Below are positions 49,041 to 60,638 of a stretch of 64,000 nt of DNA, piece after piece. The notes below the pieces were generated by a model that did not search any database, had not been told where the DNA came from, and saw nothing but the letters and a program-made list of their open reading frames with translations. Source of the stretch: Azolla caroliniana (Eukaryota > Plantae > Polypodiophyta); the NCBI GenBank assembly GCA_043228905.1, contig JBHGNT010000014.1, positions 11,036,001-11,100,000 on the forward strand, in the 5' to 3' direction. The stretch's first letter is position 1; the number at the start of each line of letters is the position of its first letter. A program made the position numbers and the translations under genes.

Positions 49041-49804
49041 ATCACCTCTCACAATGTGGCATCGATCTTATCCGGTCTCTTGTCCCCGAATTGTACCGGC
49101 AACCAAATATCTTTAACCACCAGCATATCCCTTATCTTCGACTTCCACACTGAGTAGTTGGAGCTGGTGAGCATGAACATGCCGCCGAACGATTCTTCCA
49201 TTTCCTGTGTTGTTCATTCTGATACCAATTTGTGCAGAATAGCGCGGAATATTGCTCGGCCACAACCGAGTCTTGAATCGCTTCAATGGGAAGTAGAGAG
49301 TACACAAAGGAAATACACAGGATGTTTACGTGGAAAGCCCTAAATGGGAAAAAACCACTGGAGCCCACGGACTCCAACTATCACTATAGGAGAAAGGTAC
49401 AATCAAAGCCTCAGAGGCAACGACCTCGATCTCTGTATCTTCGCCAACCGGTGGTTACAACAGAGTATCGCTCTGTATCTCTCTCTCTCTCTGTCGCTCT
49501 CTCTATACAACAATATGACAATAACAACAACAACATTACAAAGTGATTGCCCTAAGTCATGTTTATACTTATATGAACTTAGGGCTATTTACAAATATAG
49601 CCTCAATAGGCTTACTCAAAACATATTTACAGGTATGTCTTCTCTTCCGGTTCTCACCGACTCTCCTTTGGTTTCCGGATCTCTTTTGGTTCTCACTGGG
49701 TCCTCTTTATTCATCACCGGATCCCATCCAGAGAGACTAATTTCCCAACATAATCTTCGCCTCTTAGTACTAATCTCCTCTTTGTGTCACTATTATTCCT
49801 AACA

Positions 49805-51624
49805 GCCATAGCTAGAACGAAGAACCGGATTAGTGTCTGGAACCAGGAGCCGAATCGGAGAGCTGGTAGGCCATTAGAGATGTACGAATCTAGCCTAGTC
49901 CGTAGGCATATTTTTAGGAGTAAGTGTTAGTTGCACGTATGAGCATTGAAGTACTTTTCAGTACTTCTGTTAATCCTTTTTAAAGACTTGTATAAACTGC
50001 TCACTGAGCACATTGTATGTATAGAGCATTATTATTTTGAACTGAGTTTATGCTACTCTGCTCTCTCTGTCTCCATTAAACTCAATTCAAAATAATAAAC
50101 TAGTGTATTCTGAGCTTCCCTTAAACCTATGTTTAATCTCTGTTGCTACCCGATGTAACCGGTTTTGTCAAAGCTTCCGCATATTAACTTTCACATGGTA
50201 TCAAAGCGCGAGGGTTGCGAAGCTCTGCAGCCGACAAGCGTTTTCTAAAGACAAACCCTAACACCCGGTAAAGAACAGATAGAAGATAGATATGGATCGA
50301 GCAATGGCTAGCTAGCTCCTATCGGTGAAGCTCGACAGATCCAACTACGCATCTTGGTCGTACAAGACGCACCAATACCTGCTTGGGCATGGTTACTCGA
50401 GTTATGTCGACGGAGCTAACGATACAACACTTAATGTGGCACACAGGGACTTCCCGACTTGGGAACAAGCAGTAAGCAGAGTTATGTACTACTTTGCGTC
50501 CACTGTCACCGATCATCTATTGAGCCATATCAGGACGCCAAGACGCCAAAGCAAGCTTGGGGAACATAAAGAAGGTCTTCGCCGCAAGCACCACGGCCCG
50601 AAAGCTGCAACTCCGATAGGAGTTGAGAAATGTCTAATAGAAGAACATGTCGGTGGCCGACTATACGGCCCAGATCAAAGACATCTGCGACTCACTTGCC
50701 TCTATCAACGTAACCGTTGAGGAAGATGAGATGGTGCAGGTTTGTCTCGAGGGTCTGGCATCAAAGTTCGGAGCATTCCGGATGGTGGTTTGTACAAGGG
50801 AGAATACACCCTTGTTTTTCGACTTATTGTCGATGCTCCTAGTAGAGGAGAACCACACAGGTGCGTCAACGAGCACGCACACTCACAACAAGATGTTATA
50901 CATGGAGGCGGCTCGGCTCCGTGGTCGTGGCAGAAGAGGCGAATCGGCAAATGGTGGAAGCGGCCGACAAGACCAGAACCTAAGGCACAAGGATGCTGCC
51001 AATAGTAGCTTCGGACCCTCCACAAGTAAGGGGAGTCAAAGCGGTGCCTAAAACCAGCAAGAGAAGACCGCAACGGAATGTTGGTACTGTCGCAAGAAAG
51101 GCCACCTTGAGAGTGAGTGTTGGAAGAATCACGCCGATTTGAATAAATCCAGATCCGGCAAAGCCCGGACAAGGGAACCGAAGGATCAGAAGGATTCGAA
51201 GGATCCGAAACTGGAAAGACAGGAAAAGGGCCAGCCTTTGTGATGAAACACAAGGCGAACTCGATGAAGAAGACCACTTCCGGATCGGAGGAAGTGTGGT
51301 ACGTTGACTTTGGAGAATCTAACCACATGATGACCCAGGAAGAGTGGTTCTCATTTTTGGAAAAGCCAGAGAAACCAGGAGTTGTCGAGACCGGAGAAAA
51401 CACTCCTCACCCTATAGTGCATGTAGAAAAAGTTCCCCTTAGTTTTGTCGGAAAAAAGGGGAAGCTTATGAACGTGCTTCACGTCCCGACAATCACAAAG
51501 AACTAGTGTTGGTCACTCATATCGTCGACCATTGGATGCAAGTGCGGATTACGCACCTCGGATGCTTCATTGAGGAAGAGGACTAGATCATCGTGCAAGG
51601 GCACCGGGACGGGAAGATGTTTGT
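49805..51624 (+). mobile_element. Ty1/copia (family B), 5' part: LTR to 50194, PBS, gag, PR
   Basis: PBS TGGTATCAAAGCG at 50195, KLDRSNYASW, CWYCRKKGHLESEC, WYVDFGESNHM. Cut by an LTR at 51625. Confidence 0.87.
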
Positions 51625-53026
51625 TGTTATGAGCATGACCATATAATATCCCGTGGTGATAATTTACCATAGTATTCTATACACGTGGATAAGTGTGAGG
51701 GTTAAACGAGAGTGTAAAGAAGGGGAGGATTACTTTTAATCCTCGGGATAGAGACAACCCATTAGGGCAAGTGTGAACTTGCCTGCAGGCGTTGGGTATC
51801 GCTATAAATATGAGGCTTAACTACCCTCATTTCATCATATCTTGACTATGTCAAGACTTTGTTTCATGGTGGGTCAACTCTTATAGCGAGCACGCCAACA
51901 GCAGGTACAACTCAACGCCATGACGGTGGTATGGGACGCCGATCGAGGCTTGAGTCTGTCTCGACCCCTTCACTCGAGGGTGGTCGAGTGATCGGCACCC
52001 TTCTTTCTCTCTCTTCTTTCTATCTATCTATCTTTTATCCTTATCATATGCTTACTTTAGATCATAACTCTAATAGTTGGTATCAGAGTAATAATCATTC
52101 AATGGCTCAGAATAACGACCCGATGTCATCCGCTCAAGCGGAAGGAACTCAAGGAAATCCTCTTGGAGCAATCTCCATTGAGTCGTTTTCTTACAAATAC
52201 AAAATGTCCTTAGTTCAACCGCTCATCAGATGTCCAAACTTCGGCTATCTCAAAGTGCTCTCGAGGCACATGGCAATAGTTTACAAGGTGACACTAATAG
52301 ACCCGATGAGCGTTAGGGTGAGTCGTTTTCTTACAAATACAAAATGTCCTTAGTTCAACCGCTCATCAGATGTCCGAACTTCGGCTATCTCAAAGTGCTC
52401 TCGAGGCACGTGTCATTAGTTTACAAGGTGACACTAATAGACCTGATGAGCGTTAGGGTGAACCATCATTTGTCGTAAAGCCATTTACGGGAGAAAAAAT
52501 GGAAAGAACCGAAGAAGCAATCTACACGTGGCTAGGTTGATGGGAGTCTCATTTTGAGCTCTATTCCACGCTAGATAGTCCAAAGACTGCATATGTCGGC
52601 CGAGAACTAGGGGGTAAGGCCGTCGCCTGGTGGCGTGGGCTCCAAACTTTGGGGAAATTGCCCGATACCTAGACAGATTTTGTCACAGTTTTTAAGGGCC
52701 AATTTCTGCAACCTCCCTCTCGAACCGAGGCAGCACAAGCTTTAATGAACCTCTCTAGCAGGAAGTTTTCCTCACTAAAAGACTATGTCCACTATGCTAG
52801 AACCTAAATCCAAAAATCGGGTCTAGAAGGGGACAATTGGTTAACAGCTTGTTTTGTCAATGGCATCCCCAGTTCGGACTATCACTAGATAGTGCATAAT
52901 AAGCATCCAAAATCCTTCGAAGAGGCCGTTGAAATAGTTCTTCGCTATCAACGCACTTCGAAGAAGGACCATAGCAAACCCAACGAAGCGCCCGGGACTA
53001 AGCAATCGCATTTCGCTGGGAAACGT
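51625..53026 (+). mobile_element. Ty3/gypsy 5' fragment related to 42666-49040: LTR 51625-52075, PBS 52078, partial gag with a 140-bp tandem duplication (52180-52460)
   Basis: TATAAATATGAGGCTT..TACCCTCAT is shared with the 42666 LTR; gag LRYQRTSKKDH is homologous. Confidence 0.82.
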
Positions 53027-53746
53027 TGTCGTGAGAATCTATCACTATGTGTGGATCGTGAGACGGAACCGCCGGGGTTATGGACTGGAAGGAATTAGTA
53101 CGCAAAATTCACATATAAGACAAGTAGATGAGAGGAAACATTAGTTTATTGCAAAAGAAATCAATTCTTTATAAACTTAGAATCATGTTACAATGGATTG
53201 GATATGAATATAAAAGATCATTCTTAAAAAGAAAGCAGCCAACAACTATGTAAGGAGTGGTCTGATATGAATAAGAGAGATTATTCTTGAAAGGAAGGAG
53301 CCAACAACCATGTAAGGAGTGGTCCGATATCAATATGAGAGAGATTTCTTCCCCAAGGAATGGGAGAGAGAAGAAGAAAGGAAAAAAAAAGTAGAGGGAA
53401 AAAATGAAACTTATATTGAACTCTTTGTTGACCCCCCTTCCAAATGTTACTTTGCATGTCCACTTTTAGTTGCATGGCCTCTACTTTTAGTTGCATGCTT
53501 CCATTTTTAGTTGCATGCCTTTTACTTTTAGTTGCATGGCCTTGAATTTTAGTTGCATGCGACCCTCCACTTTTAGTTGCATGGCCAAATGACCTAATCA
53601 TCCATAAAGTTTAGCCCGTGCGCAATTTGTACGTGCGTTGCAACCAAACCATAGACGCGTACGCGCGCGCAAGTTCCGACCGCGCAGTGTACGCATCCAT
53701 GCACGCACGCGTCCCGACCACGCCGTGTACGCATCCACACACACGA

Positions 53747-54394
53747 TGTCGCGAAGATTCGCGCGTGCGTGTGCTACTCGAGCGACCACCGGGGTCTTGG
53801 ACTGGGGAGGACGTTCGCGGAATTATCGAAGCTAGATGACGATCAATGTAAGATTGGATGAAATTTGTTCACTTGAGAAGAAGAAAGATTGTACACTTGA
53901 GAAGTAGAAAAACATGAAGAAGATAAAGACAAATATAATTATATTGATGATAGTGGTGTTGGTGATATCACATATTGAGCCCCCCTTACACAAGCTCAAG
54001 TAGAGGCTTTTATAGGTCTTTCCATGCTTGTGACATGCACAAAACCATGGGCTAAAACCACGGTTTTGTGCACACGGTTTTGCTTATGTCATGCACAAAC
54101 CATGGGTTTAGAACCATGGTTTTGTGCACATGGTTTTCTATGGTTGTTTCGTCTATAATTTGTATATGAAAAGGAAATACATAAAATCTACACTATATGA
54201 TAGTTGTCCTAGTGTAAGGAAAATATCTTGTATCTTAGAGGTGTAAGGTTCAAACCTTGCTTACACCCCCCTGTATGAACTCAAGTGCCACTAGGCCTTA
54301 GGAGGCTTATTTGCTAAGTGTATGTGCAATATTGCACATCCTTGGTTTATTCTTCTCACTTGGTTTCACACCGTAGCCGAAAATCATCACGACA
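53747..54394 (-). mobile_element. Solo LTR of a related subfamily, nested in the 53027-54844 LTR
   Basis: Termini TGTCG...CGACA; 3' end CCAGTCCAAGACCCCGGTGGT..GAATCTTCGCGACA resembles the family LTR end; flanks ACGA/ACGC; TATAAAAG on the minus strand near 54010. Confidence 0.72.
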
Positions 54395-56327
54395 ACGCGC
54401 GTCCCGACCGCATCGTGTATGCATCCACGAGCCTCGACCGAGCCATGTAATCATCCGTGCGTGCGCCCGCACACACGCGCATCCTGATCAAGTCGTACGT
54501 CGTGACCCAACATCATTTGAGCCATTCATCTACACAATTTAGCCCAAGTCACCTTGAACATTCTATGCTTCACACATTGATATAATGAATAGGTTTTGGC
54601 TTTCTATATATATTGGGGAATCAAATGTTATCCTATCTATGTGGGATATCTCAGAGTTTTGTTTTTTCCCTTTTCTCTTCAAACTTCTCACTCACATAAC
54701 TTGATGCTTGTTTATCCATTTTATGCGAAGTAAAATACGTTATGAAACTCTTGAAGACATCTATCTTTCTGTATCAATACATTAAACTAAGCTTAAATAA
54801 TTATTTTACTAGTTTTCATATCGTGTGTAAGAAACCACACGACATTCATCCCCATCAAACCTGCACATCCACTTGTATGTGCCAATTGTGGTGAGGTTCC
54901 TCTTTTAACCTCGATGTTCAAGGCTACATCATCTAGAGCTTCGATCTCAAGATTTGGGGTGTCTCTTCTCATAAAGATCTTGATCCTCTTTCCTGCAATT
55001 GGCAAGGCAAGTCGAGTTCTATCTAACTCCGCTAAAAATTAGGTTGCATTTTTTCCAATTCTCTTAACCATATACGAGCCAAACCATTGTTTGGCAAACT
55101 TTCGAGCAGTGCTATATTGATTATTGAGACTACTATCATAGACAAGAACCCAATCTCCTTCTTCAATTTTTCTTTGTCGAAGACGATGCTTTTTATCAAA
55201 ATTCTCCTTGTTCTTCAATCGAGCCTCGCGCAACCGTTCTATTGCCAACTCGACATCTTCAGGCCTCCATTCTAATTGTTGAATCCTTATAGCTAGCAAA
55301 TCTTCTCGACTCATTTCATCTTGCCATGGCAAAGATGTCCACGAAGCAATACTTTGCTCGATAGGCATTATTGGTTTTTGCCGTAATATGAGTTCGGCCG
55401 GCATATATCCTGTAGTCGTGCTATGTGTAGTTCTATCAGCCCACAATGCACAAGGTAGTAATCGTGGCCAATTCCCCATCTTACCGTCGCAAGCCTTTGC
55501 TAGAGCTTTTACAATCGGAATATGTCCTCGTTCCACCTTCCCATTTGCGTCCGGGTTGTATGCCATGGTGAGCGATAGTTTGACGCCTATTCTTGAAAAG
55601 AAATCTTTAGCTTCATTTGCATCTAACTCTCCCCTATCTGCTACTATTTTGCCGACACATCCGTATCGACAAATAACATCTTCAAGGAGAAACTTACAAA
55701 CCGCCGAAGTTGTTTTATTCCTTAGTGCCCGTCCTTCTACTTGGTTGGTGAGATCCTCTCTTGCTAGCATGAGATACTTCATTTGCCCCAATCCCATCGG
55801 CATAACCACTATGTCTACCAACCACTTATAATGCATTGATAATGGATATGTCGGATGAAGTTCATCCCTATGTTGATTATTCGAGTATAATTGGCATTGC
55901 TCACATGTTTCAACATAGCTTGCTACATCTTTGTAAACACCCGGCCACCAATACTTCTCCTTGAGCTTTGCGAAAGTTGCCCATATACCTCGATGACCTG
56001 CCCACACATTATCATGAAATTCAGCAATTAGTGTTTGTTGATCTTGTTTCTTGCACACCACTCAAAGATGTCCTTCTTTGAGGAAGAACTTGTAGGCCTT
56101 CTTCCTAATTCGGTAGAAGTCTTCCTTTGACCATGATTCATCCTTTGTAAGAGAGCTTAAGTACTTGCCAATTTCGATGAATTCTCCCTCATAATCTTCT
56201 ACTTTAAACACTGCTAGCACCCGGGCCAACATCCTCTTCGTCGGAGTGCAAATCTTCTTCACCCTCATACCTTGCCCTTGACAACATATCGGCCACCACA
56301 TTATGCTTTCCATTTATATGTCGAATC

Positions 56328-56946
56328 TGTTGGGAACTTAACGTTCCTTATGTCCGATGCTCGGCCACAACCGAGATTCTTTACACACACAAAAAAACAG
56401 GTAATAAAAAAAACGCGACACAAGAGAGGAGAAATGGTACACAGGAGGTATACGTGGAAAACCCCAAAAATGGGAAAAAACCACGGCAACCCACAAGCTG
56501 CAAACTGTCACTATGCAGAAATATACAACAGTGAGATCACTGAGGCAACGACCTCGTGCTCACAGATCTTCGCCACAGGCGGCGGTTACAACAAAGGCAA
56601 CGACCTCGTCTCTCTCTCTCTCTCTCTGTACAGTTACGCACTCTAATCTCTTCATGCACCAACAAGAAGGAATAACAACACATAAAAGAAGTTTGCCCTA
56701 AGTCATATTTATACTAGTATGACTTTTCGGCTATTTACAAATGTAGCCTCGATGAGCTCCATCCGGCTCTCCGCAGTCGGGTACTCCTCATCCGGTTCAT
56801 ACTGGGCATGCACCATCCGACTCTCCGCAGTCGGGTACTCCTCATCCGGTTCATACCGGTTCGGCCTCGGCCTGTCGGCCTCGGCCGAGTTTGTTCGTCG
56901 GCATTGTTCATCTACCTTCCCATCCGGAGGGACCTGTCTTCCAACA
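56328..56946 (-). mobile_element. Solo LTR (copia family D), TSD GAATC
   Basis: GAATC on both flanks; host frame PKI|RHINGKHNVVADML is restored on removal. Confidence 0.92.
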
Positions 56947-57059
56947 GAATCTTGGGGTTGAAGGACTTGATATAGGCAATCCATCGCAACATAGCAATAT
57001 CCAGTGTAGCACAACCGGATATCATTCCGAGAATAGGTAGACAATCAGTTTCGATTATG

Positions 57060-57356
57060 GGGTTGCAGCATGGGAATGGGAACAATTAGCTATGTCCTTG
57101 ACATAGCTAATTAGCTATCTAAAAAGCTACATGTAATCTGTATATTTTGGCAATTTTAGGGATGATTAGAATTTGATCTCAAATAAAGACTAGCTAAACG
57201 GTGGAACATAAATGGTAATATTTCCATCCCCATCATAAATGATACATATCTTTAAGATCTTCCTACGAAAAATTAGCTATAAAAAAAACTATTTAGCTAT
57301 GGTCAATTTACCAGCTAAATAGCTATAATAGTGTTTCCATTCGCATGCTTTCACCC
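57060..57356. mobile_element. 297-bp MITE with GGG...CCC imperfect ~25-bp TIRs and 4-bp TSD TATG
   Basis: Left GGGTTGCAGCATGGGAATGGGAACA; right (reverse complement) GGGTGAAAGCATGCGAATGGAAACA; TATG on both sides; removal restores RNase H DYLIGTEVIIETDCLP. Confidence 0.88.
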
Positions 57357-60300
57357 TATGACCTCTGTTCCGATAAGATAGTCACGATATGTTTTAACCG
57401 CAGATATTATTCCCCATAGCTCTCTCTTTACTTGGGCATACTCTCTTTGTCTTTCGGTCAACACCTTTGCACCGAATTGGATTGCATACCGATTCCTTTC
57501 TGTGTCTTCTTGGTTTATCACCCATCCAATTCCGGTTGGGTTCGTATCCACTGTCACATATATCGGGGTACCTTCGGTGTAGTTGGCTTTTCACAATGGC
57601 GAAGCTTCCAATAATAGTTTCTTTAGCTTTTGAACCATGCAGGTATGCTCATCTTCCCATTCGAACTTCTTCCTTTTCTTTAGTAATCCATACAATGGTT
57701 CAACGACATGAGCATAATGCACATGCTCCCAAGAATCTTCGCACCTCTGTTTGAGATACACATTCTTCTCTCATCTCTTGAATAGTGTTCACCTTGGATG
57801 GAGATGGCTTCCGGCCATAAGACCCACATAAGTGTCCTAACACCAATATTTTTGGTTGACTGAATGCAGACTTCTCTCCCGAAAACGTGAGATTTGCATC
57901 CTCAAGGTTTTGTAACACCTTCTCGCTATCCTTTATATGGTCGATAATGAATCTTCAACAACCATCTTCATCCTTCGATTCATCTTTGTCTTCCACCAAG
58001 CATCCTTTGATTTGAATGTCATCTAAGAAGGGCAATGTGATATCAGGGATACAATTCCCTCAACACTTTATTCATGGCATTCACCATGTGGGCTATAGAA
58101 TTTGTCGCAAGTTGGGGTAAGTTACACATCCTTACCAACCCGATTGGCGTCCTCATTGTCGTTATGTCTCTACTATCGACGGCCAATTGAAACTGATCAT
58201 AGCCCGAGTAGAGATCACCAATGGAATAGATCGATCTTCCCATGAAGGATTTGGCAAATACATCCACGCTTGGACCAATTCCAGCATTTCGGATCGTCAC
58301 CTTGTTGACGGGCTAGAGATCTTGAATAAAGCGTAAGGACCCATTCTTCTTCGGCACCGTAAACCATCTATTGGAGTAGGGAGCATTGGATGGGTCAAGA
58401 ATTCCCATCCTAACCTTTTCCTTTAGAAGCTCAATCAACTTTGGAATGTGAACTCATAGCTTCCCTTTTGTCTCTTTAGTGAAGACATGACCTATTGCCT
58501 TTGGATCCCTTAAGCTTGGATCATTAGAAACTTCCTTCATCTTTTGCCAGCTATCTTCCGGTAGCGGAACCGCAACTAGCTTGATCTTTCTATCCACTGT
58601 TTTATATTTTGTGTTAACTTCAGCTTCCTCCATCAAGATGCCTCGATGATATTCATCGATGATAGCATACATGTTGACGGAGTTAACCGAAATCTCGTGT
58701 CAATCATGAGGATAGCTCAAATCCACGACTTCCTCGATTTCGCCGATGGTGTCATTAAATGGGGTTTCTTCTAGAATATGAGTTACGAATTCTTCTTCTC
58801 CTATTATGCTTTCTTCTTTCAACGGCTTCTCGAAGTCTTGTATCTGACGCTTCTTGTTGAGTAGTGCTAGTTTACATGCACCACTAGGTGTGACACATGT
58901 TGCTTCTCCTTGCAATCCACGCGCTCTACTTCCTTGTGGGGACTTATGATTGCTCGGACTATTTGTGCCCCATGCTTCAATAGTTCGTTCTAAAAATCCA
59001 AGGATTCACCTCCAAGGCTATCTCGGTTCCTTTCGAGATTGGCTCGCACCGCCAGGAATTGAATAGATCTTTGCTTGTCCAGGCTCTTGACTCGCGTAAA
59101 AGTTGCTCCATTATCGAACACCTTGGTCTCCATCCGGGACGATGTGATATACGGTTGTCCTAGGATGATAGGATGCGAAGCTGAGTCTTGCACGAAGAAG
59201 TGTTGATCCATCTCCACATCTCCAATCGTGACTTTAACATTGGGGCAAGCTCCCTGCAAGTCTTCCGTGGCCTTCGTTGCCGCTCGAATCTTCCATTCGT
59301 GGTTTGTATTAATCGGCCATCTTCCCTTTTTGTAGAAGTCGGTCGACATGAGTTTAATCTCCGAACCATGGTCAATCAAAGCTATCACGGTCTCGTTCTT
59401 CTCCCCGATCTTCGCCGGCGTCTCCGTTGTCACTCTTGCCCATTGAGGCCGAGAGTAATGGTTGTCCGCCATCACTTTTTCTTCTTTCTCCTCTTCTGAT
59501 CTTGCCATAGTTATGGCACTTGTTTTCCCCTCCTCTTCATCTGCTTGTTGCCACTTCCGCTTAATCAAGTCCACGATAGTATCGTGGAACTCCTTCTTAG
59601 CGATCCCAAGTAGCTCTCTCAAAGTAAGGTCGACATGACTGTCTAAAACCTTCTCCTCAAGGACCTTCCGCAAGTCGGTTGTTTGTTCTATGTCCGACCT
59701 TAGCTTGTAAGTCGGCGCCGCTCGTTCTTTTCCTTCATAGATTCATCGACTTCCATCCGAGAAGGTTGGCTCGATCCACCAGGCTTCATGCTTGTTTCTG
59801 CTATCTCTTTTCGTGGCGTAGCTTGGGCTTGTCCTTCTTTCCCTGCATTCCTCGTATTGTGATGCTTTAATGTGCCATCTTCTTCGTCGGTTCTTTTCCT
59901 CTTCTCTTCGACAAGAGCTTCCATCCGGTAACTCGTCGCACATTCCGATCAGCCGGCCCGCATCGACCTAAGTTGGACAATGATACCGCTTCAAAATTCT
60001 TGGAGAGCTCTTCGATTATGGATTCTTCCATTGCTTTCTTGTCGAAATTGTTGATCGACTTGCTAGGCTCGATCGTCATAGGCACCTTCCTCCTCGACGA
60101 TTGTGGATTCTCCATATCAGTTTCCTCTTGCCATTGTTGACGCTTATCAAGATAGCTACAAGCCTTCTTCACCGCCGCCCAGTCCGCTACCAAACCATTT
60201 GGTTGTGTTTCTTACTCCAAAAAGTTGTCCAATTCGCGCCGATCTTTCGCATCCATTGCCTTTAGGAATAGTAGGACTTTATCTCCATCCAGAACTCGTT

Positions 60301-60638
60301 GATCAACACTCAGAAGTCGGTTGTACTTCTGGTCGAATTCGTCATATACTCTAGACGCACACATATTCTTCCCTTTCTTCTCGATCCACGTCATTAGCAT
60401 ATGTTGAGTCATCCGTGACATGTCTTCAAGCATGTATTCAATGAAAAGCGCTTTTTCGAACTCCACCCAAGTTGCGTGCTCATTTTGGATCTCCATGACA
60501 TATTCGTGGATCCCTGGTTCCACCACACGTTTGAAGCTAGAAATTTGTTTGAGATCATTGACATCCCTCTGCTGCATCTCGTTCCGATAGGTAGCAAGAA
60601 AATCCGTGATGTTCTTGCCACCAAATCGTCCAGCTATC

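Larger units (their letters stand above)
38882..49750 (-). mobile_element. Ty1/copia (family C, Tork-like) with both LTRs (5' 49231-49750; 3' 38882-39422), TSD TAATC, hosting two nested insertions
   Basis: Near-identical LTRs, TAATC on both flanks, PBS TGGTATCAGAATG (49215-49227), PPT TGAAGGGGGAGAT, degenerate INT-RT-RH at 39440-42515. Confidence 0.92.
38385..49804 (+). mobile_element. Family-A (Tcn1-like) LTR split by a copia insertion: 38385-38881 plus 49751-49804
   Basis: Reverse-complement homolog of 6549-7034; begins TGTCATGATA and ends CCTAACA; the two halves rejoin across the TAATC TSD. Confidence 0.75.
53027..60638 (-). mobile_element. Ty3/gypsy (same lineage as 32804-36832): partial gag-PR-RT-RH-INT, PPT, 3' LTR 53027-54844; 5' end displaced by a copia at 60639
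   Basis: ALIDHGSEI, DLYSGYDQF, FLDDI, IETDCLP, H.GIWAT..KYWWP..CEQC, AREDLTNQVEGRAL, ADRGE; PPT GGGGATGAA followed by TGTCGTG. Confidence 0.9.
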
